Virus record (IMG/VR): IMGVR_UViG_3300012210_000006
Span: 5,860-69,859 of that record
Origin: a virus
Strand: one strand, 5' to 3'
DNA length: 64,000 nucleotides
The position numbers and the translations under genes are program-made. This document shows positions 26,732 to 36,949 of the stretch, one piece after another. The notes under the pieces were generated by a model, which was given only the letters and a program-made list of their open reading frames with translations, ran no database searches and was not told where the DNA came from. The number at the start of each line of letters is the position of its first letter. Position 1 is the first letter of the stretch.

Positions 26732-29395
26732 ATGGGAAGTCCAACGATTTTAAAGCAAGCAACACTTGGTTTATCTAGTATTGGCGCACAACCTGTTATG
26801 TTTGGAGATTGGCTTGCCGCATTTGATCCTACTCTTACATATCGACCTGCTAATGGAAACCTTATTGTTTTAATAGGACAAGGAAACCCAGGTCCAACTC
26901 CTTTTGATGGAAGATTAGGAACAGGGTGGCATGGACTTGATATTAAACCTCCTCCACCCCCAGGAGGAACATTTAATTGCTCTTCAAATTTTTATACATT
27001 TGTTATATGGAAAATATGGGAAGACTCAGATACTGTTGGGGAAATAGCATTTATTTCAACTGCAAATTATAGTATATTTGAAATTACTGGTTATGATCCT
27101 ATGAATCCTATTCAACAAGTATTATGTTCAATCACTGCACCAGTGTATTCTCCGGTCACTACAGTTCCTATAACTCCTGATTCGATTGGAATGTTACCAA
27201 TATTCTGTGTTGCTAATGAGAACAATGCTGCTGCCCCAAGTGGTCCTACAAATTGGACTGGAGCAACTCTTGTTGGATACAGTTATGCTGTATTTCCAGA
27301 TGATACTCCATCTATCTTTTCTACTGCTATTGGATCAATAACAACAGATACAATTACTCCAATATCTGCAATTGCTACACTTGATTCTAATAATCAATCA
27401 GGGAGTAACCCGAGTTGTCAATTTGAATCTGTTGTTATTCTAATTGGTCCCGGAAGCGGCGGAGCACAAACTCCTTCTGGGCCTGACCCAATTAATCCTC
27501 AAAATGGATTTCCAGTTGGTGCGCTTGTAAATATGAAAAAAGCGCAAACAAGTTCCTTTTTATTACAAGTATTTAGAAACGGAAATTGGATAGATATTCC
27601 TGTTCGATCTGCAACTGGAAGTATTAAAAAAGCCTCTGCTGGTCAAATGACCGCAGTTATTAATGACAATCTTGGTGATCTTCAACGATCACATTTGTAC
27701 GAAGGGGAAAAAATTCGAGCATATAAGGGGACACTTGGAAGCGGAAGTGTGCGAGTATGGACTGGTTTTGTTGATGCCCCAACAGTTACAGATAACGGTT
27801 TGATTTCTAGGTCAGTTGTTATGACTGATAATGTTCAAGAGTTGAATACGGCAATATTACTTGATGGACACGTTTTTGATAATATTGATCCTATGTATGT
27901 TGCTGCTTCATGTATTCAACACGCGATTGATACCTCACAATATATTCCCACAGACGATAGTGGAAATCCATTAACGGGAGCAACCGCTTCGTTTTCGAAT
28001 CCAAGTGGAAATGCATTATGTTATTTTCCCGATTTATATAATCTTGACGGTTCTTTGTTTACAATGGCATCTGGACAATTAGGATCATATACTTCTGGTC
28101 CATTTGCTTATGCATCATTGATGGTTCCAATTGCTTCAGCAGGACAGGCATATTTAACATATACGTTACCAAATCAATATTTAATTGCTTCTATGACGGC
28201 GATTCTTGGATCAACGATGACCCTTGCTAGTACAAATGTCGTTCCTCCTGCATCTGGACAATATGTCGCTGATTATTACAATGGCATATTATATTTTAAT
28301 AATGCTAATCAAGGACAAACATTATATCTTTCTTCAACATATTTTCAATCTCCAAATTGGGCATTCGCTCCAGGAACCTCGATTTATGATATTATATCTG
28401 AGGTAATGGATAAATCGGGTTGTCGTTGGGGAGTTGATGCATATGGTAAATTTTGGTCTAAGTTTATTGATTCTACAGGGGCACCGACCCATATTTATAA
28501 TAATGGTAATTATATTGATCTATCAATCCAAATTAACCGTGACCGTCGAAATATCATTGTTTGTGAGGGATGGAATGCACAGTATTCTCAACTTATTGTT
28601 GCCTTAGCTGTAAACTATACAGATATTACCTCTCCTCCTCCAATTGGGCTTGGTAAACGTCAATATATGATTATCCAGGATCAATCTTGGAAGTCCCAAG
28701 ATGTTGTAAATCAAGCAGCATATTATGCTGCACAACAAATTGGGAGAAGAGGTAAAATTAAAAGTATTAAAATTATTGATGATCCAACAATTCAAGTTGA
28801 GGATGTTATTGGCTTCATGCCTGCATTTTCAGAATTAACACCAGGGGATTTCTTCTATGTTGATTCATATGAATGGAATTTTAATATACCAAAGGGAGGA
28901 GGAATGAACGCAACAGCCACATTAAGCGGAGGATCAATTCCGGGACAGGGACTTGTTTTTATTAATGCGATGACCGCAAATTCAAAGTATGCTTCGACCT
29001 CAACAAACTCAACCGTTCAAGGATATGCAATTCAAAATGTTGCTCCATTAGCATCATGTTCATTATCTCCAAATGGAGGAAGTTATTATAGCACTTTCAG
29101 TATTGGAAATGGACTTACATTAAATTATAATGTTGCATCACAATACAATAATTTATCAACACCAGATGGATTCGGAGGTTTTATTTTAACTCACGGGACA
29201 GGGACATTAGAAGTTTATGGTTCTGATACAAGTTATCAAAAATTTACAGGATTACCTAATGCAAATGGGGTAAATAATTATGCAATTCCAATGACAAATT
29301 TTCATTTTGGAGTTTTTTATGTTTTAAAATTTACCTATCAGGACTGTTGGAACAATATTTCAGTATATCGTGATTTCTCCAATGCTGGAATATAG
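26732..29395 (+). CDS. Tail tip/hub protein (Tal-like)
   Basis: 887 aa, beta-rich; GEKIRAYKG, VWTGFVD, IQVEDVI hub-type motifs. Confidence 0.65.
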   Translation: MGSPTILKQATLGLSSIGAQPVMFGDWLAAFDPTLTYRPANGNLIVLIGQGNPGPTPFDGRLGTGWHGLDIKPPPPPGGTFNCSSNFYTFVIWKIWEDSDTVGEIAFISTANYSIFEITGYDPMNPIQQVLCSITAPVYSPVTTVPITPDSIGMLPIFCVANENNAAAPSGPTNWTGATLVGYSYAVFPDDTPSIFSTAIGSITTDTITPISAIATLDSNNQSGSNPSCQFESVVILIGPGSGGAQTPSGPDPINPQNGFPVGALVNMKKAQTSSFLLQVFRNGNWIDIPVRSATGSIKKASAGQMTAVINDNLGDLQRSHLYEGEKIRAYKGTLGSGSVRVWTGFVDAPTVTDNGLISRSVVMTDNVQELNTAILLDGHVFDNIDPMYVAASCIQHAIDTSQYIPTDDSGNPLTGATASFSNPSGNALCYFPDLYNLDGSLFTMASGQLGSYTSGPFAYASLMVPIASAGQAYLTYTLPNQYLIASMTAILGSTMTLASTNVVPPASGQYVADYYNGILYFNNANQGQTLYLSSTYFQSPNWAFAPGTSIYDIISEVMDKSGCRWGVDAYGKFWSKFIDSTGAPTHIYNNGNYIDLSIQINRDRRNIIVCEGWNAQYSQLIVALAVNYTDITSPPPIGLGKRQYMIIQDQSWKSQDVVNQAAYYAAQQIGRRGKIKSIKIIDDPTIQVEDVIGFMPAFSELTPGDFFYVDSYEWNFNIPKGGGMNATATLSGGSIPGQGLVFINAMTANSKYASTSTNSTVQGYAIQNVAPLASCSLSPNGGSYYSTFSIGNGLTLNYNVASQYNNLSTPDGFGGFILTHGTGTLEVYGSDTSYQKFTGLPNANGVNNYAIPMTNFHFGVFYVLKFTYQDCWNNISVYRDFSNAGI

Positions 29396-29404
29396 GAGAT
29401 TATT

Positions 29405-31081
29405 ATGAGTGGAATTGATGCACATGATTGGTCACGTAAGGCATTACAGAAACAAAATCAAAATCTTCGAGGAACTAATCAATCTTCTGGTCGAAGTGCA
29501 GTAGGTCCCCGTGGATTAACAAAGGGAATTCAAGCCGGTGGTTTAACAGGAGGCGGAATTGGACAAGATGCAATAAATACCGACCAAATGGGAAATGTTC
29601 AAACATCATCGCATTTGAATATACAACATTCTGTTCTTCCTCTTGTTTCTGACGCAACGATTGTAATAACAGCAAATGGCTCCAATAACACTGTTGATAT
29701 TCAAATTTATGGAGTAGGAGGAATAGGAACTCATATTTCAGTAAATCGACCAGATCAAAGTATTATGCTTTGTCCGCCGGTTTTAACAACGACACAATCA
29801 CATAATTTTACTTCTCCACATTCTGTTTATTGTTTAGTGTATTATGATGTTTTCCATGATGCATTAGGGAATGGACAATTTGTTGTTCTTTGGAAAACAG
29901 TTCCATTTACTGCAATTGAACTAGCAACCGCTTATCAGGATGGAAAAATTCCATTCCTTGCTAGTCCATCCAGTACAATCACTGGATTAACAAGTGGAAC
30001 AGCGGGAACATATACACAATCATTGTTTGGAACATTTGGTGCGTCTGGAGGGATAGGTGGGGTGTCTGGAATTATTTCTATTGCTACACAAAGTGGACCT
30101 GCAATTACATTAGGATCATCTGATTCTTCTGTGACGATTACTCCATCTGGTAATAATATTGATCTAACATCTGTTGCAACTTTTGCTTCCCAAACACAGA
30201 ATCTTATTTTTGCATCTCCAAATGGGAGTTCTGGTATTCCAACATTTCGTCCTTTAGTTGCTGCTGATATTCCGAATTTAAATTTCTCTAAAATTACCAC
30301 AGGTATTGTCCCTGTTGCACAGGGAGGCATGGGAGTTTCTCTTGCGAGTACTGGCGGAACGTCACAGGTATTGAAACAAACAAGTGTTGGTGGAAATATA
30401 ACAGTTGCTCAATTAACGTTCACAGATATTAGCGGTTCTGTTGCTGCTACTCAATTACCTAATCCTTCTGCAAGTACATTAGGCGGTATACAATCGCTTG
30501 CAGCGGCTTCACATAAATGGATAAATACTATTTCTACTTCTGGAGTGCCTTCAGCTACACAACCGGCATTTACTGATTTAAGTGATTATGCCGCCGGAAC
30601 ATCATCTCCTGAATTTGGGGCCTTTAGTGCTAATGGATTATTTACAAGTCTATCCGGAGGTATTACATTTAATGATAATCCAGGTGGAGGTACTCAAGGA
30701 ACTCTAAATGACTATGAGGAAGGAAGCTGGACACCAGTTGATGTAAGTGGTGATAGTCTCGCACTTTCTGGTGCATCAGGAACGTATGTTAAAATAGGGA
30801 AATTAGTATTCGTGAGTGGCACATGGAATTATCCATCCACCGCTGGAAGTACCCATAATGCACTTATTGGAGGTCTTCCATTTACTAATATATCCGGGAC
30901 TGGCGGACAAACATCATTCAATATAGGATTCTGTAATATTGGTAGTGTCGTCAATATCCGTCAGATCTCGTCTAGCACATCATTTGCATTGTTATACGCG
31001 ACTAACGGAAATGCGATCCCAAATACGGCAATGAATACTGCAGTTGTGTATATGTCAGGAGTTTATAAATCTTCTTCTTAG
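29405..31081 (+). CDS. Tail fibre / receptor-binding protein
   Basis: Gly/Ser/Thr-rich fibre repeats; C-terminal TLNDYEEGSWTP...YVKIGKLVFV domain. Confidence 0.8.
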   Translation: MSGIDAHDWSRKALQKQNQNLRGTNQSSGRSAVGPRGLTKGIQAGGLTGGGIGQDAINTDQMGNVQTSSHLNIQHSVLPLVSDATIVITANGSNNTVDIQIYGVGGIGTHISVNRPDQSIMLCPPVLTTTQSHNFTSPHSVYCLVYYDVFHDALGNGQFVVLWKTVPFTAIELATAYQDGKIPFLASPSSTITGLTSGTAGTYTQSLFGTFGASGGIGGVSGIISIATQSGPAITLGSSDSSVTITPSGNNIDLTSVATFASQTQNLIFASPNGSSGIPTFRPLVAADIPNLNFSKITTGIVPVAQGGMGVSLASTGGTSQVLKQTSVGGNITVAQLTFTDISGSVAATQLPNPSASTLGGIQSLAAASHKWINTISTSGVPSATQPAFTDLSDYAAGTSSPEFGAFSANGLFTSLSGGITFNDNPGGGTQGTLNDYEEGSWTPVDVSGDSLALSGASGTYVKIGKLVFVSGTWNYPSTAGSTHNALIGGLPFTNISGTGGQTSFNIGFCNIGSVVNIRQISSSTSFALLYATNGNAIPNTAMNTAVVYMSGVYKSSS

Positions 31082-31125
31082 TTAAGAAATAAAATAATTG
31101 CTATCTTATAGCATGTGGAGGTTTT

Positions 31126-31554
31126 ATGAGTGATTTTATTGCGAATCATTTACAAGGTCTTGCTGCTGCTATTTCCGCTGGAATAGCTCTCGCTGGAGTT
31201 ATTCTTGCCTCTCCGCATCTTAAGAAGATATTAAATATATTTAAATCGAAAAATGATTTAAATAGTGCATATTATGCATTATTAAAACAGTTTACTGAAG
31301 ATCGTGAAGCCTGGCGCGAAACAATGGTTTCCTGGAAGGGAACAGCAACAGCCCTACGATCAGAGATGGTTGTTCTGAAGGAACGTCTTGGTCGATTAGA
31401 GGCAGAACTTGAGCGATTAATTCCTAAATACAGATCGGCGTTAAAATTTATTCTCGAATTGAAAAGTCATATTGTTGAAAAAGATATGCCTAAGACTCCA
31501 GAATTAATTGAACATGATTTGGATCAAATTTATCAGGAGATACAACCTCAATGA
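31126..31554 (+). CDS. Putative holin
   Basis: One N-terminal TM segment plus coiled coil; overlaps the endolysin start. Confidence 0.5.
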   Translation: MSDFIANHLQGLAAAISAGIALAGVILASPHLKKILNIFKSKNDLNSAYYALLKQFTEDREAWRETMVSWKGTATALRSEMVVLKERLGRLEAELERLIPKYRSALKFILELKSHIVEKDMPKTPELIEHDLDQIYQEIQPQ

Positions 31555-32177
31555 ATATTTTAGATGTTTCATATTCACAAAAAAATATAGATTATAAAGC
31601 AGTAAAAGAAAGTGGTGAAGTAGAAGCTGTTTGTATCAGAGCTTCTCAAGGGCACACCATTTCGGATGAAATGTTTAAAATTCACCATGACGGATTTAAA
31701 TCTGTTGGTATACCTATTGGTGCATATCACTTTTTTATGTTTGATTCTTCCCCTGCACAACAAGCACAATTCTTTTTAGAGCAAATCGCCGGTCGAGAAG
31801 GTGAACTGTTACCAATGGTTGACTGTGAGGGGGATAGCCTGTTAAACGATCCGCACAGTTCCATTGGTGATCGTATGCAATGGTTACACACTTTCAATGC
31901 ATATTTGTTAGATCATTTCCCTGCTCCGTGTCATAATTTACTTCTATATACTCCTCTTGATTTTTGGAATACGAAAATGAATGGGACCTCTGCCTTTCAA
32001 GGTCATTTTTTATGGTTAGCTGAATACAACAATGATTCTCGTCCAGAATTACCAAAAGGTTTTGTTGATTGGAAGCTTTGGCAACATACGAGTAAAGGGG
32101 CAGTAACTGGAATTGATTCCCCGGTTGATCTTTCTTATTTTAATGGATTTTCTCTTGAGGAGATTACAAGAAAATGA
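31551..32177 (+). CDS. Endolysin, GH25 muramidase
   Basis: LDVS, IGAYHF, catalytic DCE, LWLAEY, WQHTS, VDLS. Confidence 0.92.
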   Translation: MNILDVSYSQKNIDYKAVKESGEVEAVCIRASQGHTISDEMFKIHHDGFKSVGIPIGAYHFFMFDSSPAQQAQFFLEQIAGREGELLPMVDCEGDSLLNDPHSSIGDRMQWLHTFNAYLLDHFPAPCHNLLLYTPLDFWNTKMNGTSAFQGHFLWLAEYNNDSRPELPKGFVDWKLWQHTSKGAVTGIDSPVDLSYFNGFSLEEITRK

Positions 32178-33499
32178 AACAGCATTTAAAGCATGCCGAT
32201 TCAAAAATGAATCCTATTAGAAAAAAATCTGGTATTAAAAAACAAGAAATATTGCCACTTCCAAAACAATCGAAATATACTGATGAGCAACTTTTAAAAA
32301 TCGAAAGTGCATATATTCTTCCAAGAGCAAGAGCATTGGTTGAAAAATTTGGAAGTATGGATAATGCTGCACGTAATGTTGTTCGTCTTGATCCAAGAAT
32401 GAAATGGAAGGGGGTAAAGCAAGCGATTCAACATACACTTAGTGATCGTTTAACAACGAAGAAACCAATTAAGTGGGGATTTCCATGGCCCTATGATTTT
32501 ATTAATGATAAATCATTATCGCAGTTTGAACCTGAAAATTACGAACAACAAGACTGGTCAGTAAATGATCTTCATATTTTAGACGATTCTGGTGAAGCAC
32601 CAAAAGATTTTAAAAGTATGATTGGTGCATTTAAAGACGCTCAAGCAGAACGTCAAAAACATGATTCCGAAGCAAGACATGCTGTTGTTGATTTTTCAAA
32701 AAAGAAACTTCCGATTCTTATATTTCAACATACTGATGTCCATTGGGGTTCTGTTGAAACTGATTACGAAGCAATTGCAAGACACATTAATTTTGCAAAA
32801 ACAATTGAAGATTGTTATGTATTTTCGACCGGAGATTTAGCAGAACTTGCAAAGATTCGTCATCGTAGTGCCCTTGAAACACAGGTATATGGACCAACGA
32901 TGCAGCTAAAGGGTGCTCGTAGTGCAATTCTTGAAATTTGGGATAAGGTTCTTTGTTTTGTAAATGGTAATCACGATGAGAGAATCTTCGATATGACAGG
33001 ATTTGACATCGGGGAGTATTTAATTGGTACACCACCGCCGGGAAAACATAAAATTCCCTTTCTTCGGGACGGTGGGCTAGTGACCATTAAACTTGGTTCC
33101 CAAGTGTATACCAATAATATCTTTCACGGTGATTCACGGTTCGGTACGATGTTCAATGAGAATCATAAAGGACGACAAACAGCGCGCATGGTGGATGGAT
33201 ATTGTGACCTGACCTGGAACGGTCATACCCATAATCCCGCCGTACAGGACGCTAATGAACCCAAGGGGGACATGCAAGGGTCCCGTGACTGTGCCTACCT
33301 ACAAGGAGGGTCGTACAAGGCTGATCCCGATGGTTTCTCGCGCCGGGCGAAATTCTTCACTGTGGATGAAGTCCAAATGCCTGCGGCTATTTTATTGCCT
33401 GATTGTCATAAATATTTCATTTTTAAAAGAATCGAAGATGCAATTTATGTGTTTAAATTAATTAGAGAAGCATATAAGAAAGGAAATACGTACAAATAA
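32174..33499 (+). CDS. Calcineurin-like metallophosphoesterase with N-terminal extension
   Basis: DVHWG, GDL, GNHDER, FHG, GHTH motifs. Confidence 0.88.
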   Translation: MKQHLKHADSKMNPIRKKSGIKKQEILPLPKQSKYTDEQLLKIESAYILPRARALVEKFGSMDNAARNVVRLDPRMKWKGVKQAIQHTLSDRLTTKKPIKWGFPWPYDFINDKSLSQFEPENYEQQDWSVNDLHILDDSGEAPKDFKSMIGAFKDAQAERQKHDSEARHAVVDFSKKKLPILIFQHTDVHWGSVETDYEAIARHINFAKTIEDCYVFSTGDLAELAKIRHRSALETQVYGPTMQLKGARSAILEIWDKVLCFVNGNHDERIFDMTGFDIGEYLIGTPPPGKHKIPFLRDGGLVTIKLGSQVYTNNIFHGDSRFGTMFNENHKGRQTARMVDGYCDLTWNGHTHNPAVQDANEPKGDMQGSRDCAYLQGGSYKADPDGFSRRAKFFTVDEVQMPAAILLPDCHKYFIFKRIEDAIYVFKLIREAYKKGNTYK

Positions 33500-33822
33500 T
33501 GAGAATTTATATTGCTGGTCCAATGACAGGAATAAAAAGTTTCAATTTTCCAGAATTTAGAATCGTAAAAAATAATCTTTTGTTACAGGGCTATGATGTT
33601 ATTTCTCCTGTTGATTTAGACGAACAAGAATACCCAAACCATGATTTTGAATCTGGTACTCTTCCTTCTAATTGGAATTATAAAACACAATTAGAAGTTG
33701 ATATAATGAATTTAAAATTATGTGATGCTATTTTCCTATTAAAAGGATGGGAAAACTCTAATGGAGCAAAAATTGAATTATGTAATGCCCTACAACTTGA
33801 CTTAATGGTAATGTTACAATAA
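33499..33822 (+). CDS. DUF4406-like protein (nucleoside deoxyribosyltransferase-like fold)
   Basis: MRIYIAGPMTG..FNFPEF...CDAIFLLKGWENSNGAKIE. Confidence 0.85.
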   Translation: MRIYIAGPMTGIKSFNFPEFRIVKNNLLLQGYDVISPVDLDEQEYPNHDFESGTLPSNWNYKTQLEVDIMNLKLCDAIFLLKGWENSNGAKIELCNALQLDLMVMLQ

Positions 33823-33863
33823 AATTTTTCCTAATTATATAACAAATTGAAGGAGAAATCAAA

Positions 33864-34094
33864 ATGAACTTTTTTCAAAGAATTGGTCAATCATTAAGTA
33901 AGTTCCTTGGTTCACCACAGGCACATGATATTGAAAAAGCAATAATAAACGAAGTGGCTCCTGTTGCGGAAGCAGCACTTCTTGCGGTTTCTAAAGCAAA
34001 TCCTCTTGCAACGATCATTGTGCAAACTGTTGTTGTTCCAGCCGTTCAAGCTGAAGTTACAGATATGAATAAACCACCGAGTCCCGGTTTGTAA
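33864..34094 (+). CDS. Small amphipathic protein
   Basis: AAGGAG RBS; 76 aa. Confidence 0.7.
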   Translation: MNFFQRIGQSLSKFLGSPQAHDIEKAIINEVAPVAEAALLAVSKANPLATIIVQTVVVPAVQAEVTDMNKPPSPGL

Positions 34095-34098
34095 AACA

Positions 34099-34242
34099 AT
34101 GACACATTCTGAATTAATTTATATGATTAATCGGATGACTCTCAAGGAATTAGAAACTGTACGAGAATTAATTGATATTAAAATAAAATTGAAAATAATA
34201 AAAGCGCATAAACAAATTCTAAAAATAAAACGCCCTGATTAG
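34099..34242 (+). CDS. 47-aa hypothetical protein
   Basis: Open frame ending in the terminator hairpin. Confidence 0.4.
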   Translation: MTHSELIYMINRMTLKELETVRELIDIKIKLKIIKAHKQILKIKRPD

Positions 34243-34253
34243 GGTGTTTTATT
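34224..34253. terminator. Bidirectional terminator between the convergent arms
   Basis: AATAAAACGCCCT-gatt-AGGGTGTTTTATT. Confidence 0.85.
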
Positions 34254-34655
34254 TTGCCAAGGTTTTGGTGTATCACCGTACGGAATTTGAATAAAACATA
34301 TTCTCATTAAATTATTTCCACATCGAGAACATTCATATGTTTTGTATGACCCTGTAATGTCCAATCCATTGTTAATTTGGTTATACCATATTCTATTGTA
34401 ATTTAAAGTATATGTATTATCACAATTTGCACATACCCAACGTGCAACAGTTACAATATACTCGGGCTTTAATTGACTGGCGTGAACTAACTTAGGAACA
34501 ATTTGTTCATTTTGTTTTTCGTTTTCTTTTGCTTGTTGTTCTTTAATATATTTAATAAAACATTCGCGTAATTCAACTCTTGTTTTTCTTTCTGAGAAAA
34601 ATAAGACCGTAGGAATTAAAATTAACAGTACAATTATGGTAACAATTTCAATCAT
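34239..34655 (-). CDS. Membrane-anchored protein with Zn-ribbon
   Basis: N-terminal TM segment; CANC...CSRC. Confidence 0.65.
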   Translation of the reverse strand: MIEIVTIIVLLILIPTVLFFSERKTRVELRECFIKYIKEQQAKENEKQNEQIVPKLVHASQLKPEYIVTVARWVCANCDNTYTLNYNRIWYNQINNGLDITGSYKTYECSRCGNNLMRICFIQIPYGDTPKPWQNKTP

Positions 34656-36556
34656 ATTAATTCACAACTCCCCCCGCTGCAAGCAAGTTCTTTGGCTCCA
34701 ATTGTGTGATCTGATTGTTCTAGTTGATCTAAAATAGAATAATCTATTTCAGGCATTGCTGCTTTTCTTTTTTTGTATTCTTCCTCCGTTATTTCTTCAT
34801 AGGGAGCAAGACGATACACATGGTCAGAAGTAGGTAGAAAAGATATACCTCCAATATGTTTCCAATTGGAATATACCAAATATTGTAATTCAATCCATTC
34901 AATTATTTTTGCATAAATTGTCACCGACTGGTTATGTTCACACCATGATTTTTTCATCATTAACCAATGATTAAATTGTTGTTTTGCTGAGAAATCATGT
35001 CTAGTAATTGCTGTTGGAGGAGCTTTTATGGGGAATTCCAGAACCCATGTTGTTGCATTTGTTTCGTTCTGCCCGATTTCTGGAACAGCAGGCACACCCG
35101 ATGCCTGGACCATTTTAAATAATGGATCAGAGGCATTAATACGAACACGACGGATAAAAAACTTACTCCACCATGTATGACATCCTGATCCACTGAAAAC
35201 AACTTGAGATTCTGTGCCAGCTGGCTTACCCGTTGTGATTGCTGCGCTTTGATTAATACCTAGAAGTTTTGCATATTTCTTATTTACCTTAATCGCATAT
35301 TGCCTTAGTAATGACAAACTCTCCCCAGAATTATTATAAATAAATGGGCAATCCATTTGACCAGTAATACTTACTCCAAGAAGTCTTTCTTCATCGCAAT
35401 TTTGTTTCCATTCATCACTAATATAAGTAAAATCAGTAAACATTGATTGAATTGTTCCGACAATTGTTGCTAATTTAATTTTCTCAGCTAGAGAATCAAA
35501 ATTGTCTTCTGGTCGAGCAATAACACTAGATAAATTACAGAATTGTCTTGAACGAAGATTAATCTCACCGCAAGGGTTCGTTCCAAAGGTGGGCCAATCT
35601 TTGCGCCTTGGAGAAGTACTTAAAATTGATGCACGATTAAATATCCCGCGTTCTCCTGATCCAGATTTCACAAGTGATAAAAATTCCTCCATAAACACAG
35701 AAGCTTCAGGTTGTTCATTATATGCTACCGAATTATTCGCCATTGCGCGAAATGGAACAGAGGACCAAAATGCTCCGAATTTAGCATTTCTCATTTCCAT
35801 ATCGTCTACATTCGATAAGGAAATTAAACTAGACCGTCGTACGCCGCCGGAAACGACGACCTCCCCAATAGTACACATAATGTCATGTGCGTCTATCGAA
35901 CGTAACCTACGGCCCGCACGGGACCTTATTTTTTCTTGGGTGAAGTCCAATAACCTCTTAAGAGGTTCCGGTCCACTAGAGCGCCCTCCCATCGTTTTCA
36001 GAATCGCACCACTTGGGCGTAAAATAGAATAATCAAAATTAACATGAATGCCATTATATGCCGATTCGATGGCAAGTCGTAATGCAATTGCCCATCCTTC
36101 TCTGGAATCGTCAATAAGATGATTCTTAATTACTTTACTGTCTTTTGCGGCAATTTGAGGGAGTGATTCAATATATTCAGATTCTACTGAAAAACCAAAT
36201 CCACTTCCTGACATAAGAATAAAAAGAGCCTCATCAAATACGCGAAGATCAGTAATTGCAGCATAAGCACAATTGAAAATAGCACAGTTATTTTTTGTTG
36301 CCGCAATTCCCGCTGACCATAAAAGGCGCATACTCGGAAGAATTCTGTGGTCATAAATTGCTTCAGTAATTTCTTGACGGTCAAGGTCTGATAGCACATT
36401 GCCGGCCTTTGCAAAAAGAAATTCTGTTGCCCGATCAACAGTTTCTGCCCAATTTTCCCTACGTTTTAGGTCATCTATCCAACGAGGATATGTCCGTACA
36501 AACACAAACTTCGCTAGTGGAGTTTTAAATGGTTCCGGTCGATTTTCAAGTAACAT
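34652..36556 (-). CDS. nrdJ: Class II (adenosylcobalamin-dependent) ribonucleotide reductase, monomeric RTPR type
   Basis: RILPSMR, FNC, TNPCGEI, KPAGT, WCEHNQS, C-terminal CSGGSC. Confidence 0.95.
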   Translation of the reverse strand: MLLENRPEPFKTPLAKFVFVRTYPRWIDDLKRRENWAETVDRATEFLFAKAGNVLSDLDRQEITEAIYDHRILPSMRLLWSAGIAATKNNCAIFNCAYAAITDLRVFDEALFILMSGSGFGFSVESEYIESLPQIAAKDSKVIKNHLIDDSREGWAIALRLAIESAYNGIHVNFDYSILRPSGAILKTMGGRSSGPEPLKRLLDFTQEKIRSRAGRRLRSIDAHDIMCTIGEVVVSGGVRRSSLISLSNVDDMEMRNAKFGAFWSSVPFRAMANNSVAYNEQPEASVFMEEFLSLVKSGSGERGIFNRASILSTSPRRKDWPTFGTNPCGEINLRSRQFCNLSSVIARPEDNFDSLAEKIKLATIVGTIQSMFTDFTYISDEWKQNCDEERLLGVSITGQMDCPFIYNNSGESLSLLRQYAIKVNKKYAKLLGINQSAAITTGKPAGTESQVVFSGSGCHTWWSKFFIRRVRINASDPLFKMVQASGVPAVPEIGQNETNATTWVLEFPIKAPPTAITRHDFSAKQQFNHWLMMKKSWCEHNQSVTIYAKIIEWIELQYLVYSNWKHIGGISFLPTSDHVYRLAPYEEITEEEYKKRKAAMPEIDYSILDQLEQSDHTIGAKELACSGGSCELI

Positions 36557-36949
36557 TTATTTCTCCAATGATGTTGAAGTTATTCCGTAATTTTTATCAG
36601 GAGTGGGATTTCCATTAATGTCTTTGTTTTTAACAATAAGGCCATTTTTAACAACACAACACTTCTTGCGATCAGTAAGTTTTTGAACGACATATCGAGA
36701 TACTGCTTTTAATGAGTATCCAGAGTTAATTGCATGCATTAAACACGTTACAAGAACATCTCCGAATTCTTTTTCCTGTTCTTCTCGTGACCATCCTTTA
36801 TTAATTGTTTCAGCAAGTTCTCCTAGTTCACCGCAAATCTTTAAAGCAGTTTGTGAGGGTAATGGTTCTGTTGCTTTATTAAGAACATAGAAATGCTCGT
36901 AGAAATCAGCAACAGCTTCTTGTATTCTGTCTAGTGGGGAACTAATCAT
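36557..36949 (-). CDS. MazG-like nucleotide pyrophosphohydrolase
   Basis: KICGELGELAE...EKEFGDVL. Confidence 0.8.
   Translation of the reverse strand: MISSPLDRIQEAVADFYEHFYVLNKATEPLPSQTALKICGELGELAETINKGWSREEQEKEFGDVLVTCLMHAINSGYSLKAVSRYVVQKLTDRKKCCVVKNGLIVKNKDINGNPTPDKNYGITSTSLEK

Noticed and set aside
29405-31081. Diversity-generating retroelement acting on the tail fibre
   Set aside because: No reverse transcriptase and no template/variable repeat pair seen
14360-31081. Contractile (myovirus) tail
   Set aside because: No sheath-sized gene before the tube and no baseplate wedge/J-like genes; the order fits a siphovirus
35502-36032. Long antisense ORFs in the track (e.g. 35502-36032, 53173-53913, 59597-60187, 13721-14188, 63471-63920)
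   Set aside because: They shadow well-supported genes on the opposite strand and lack RBSs and recognisable motifs
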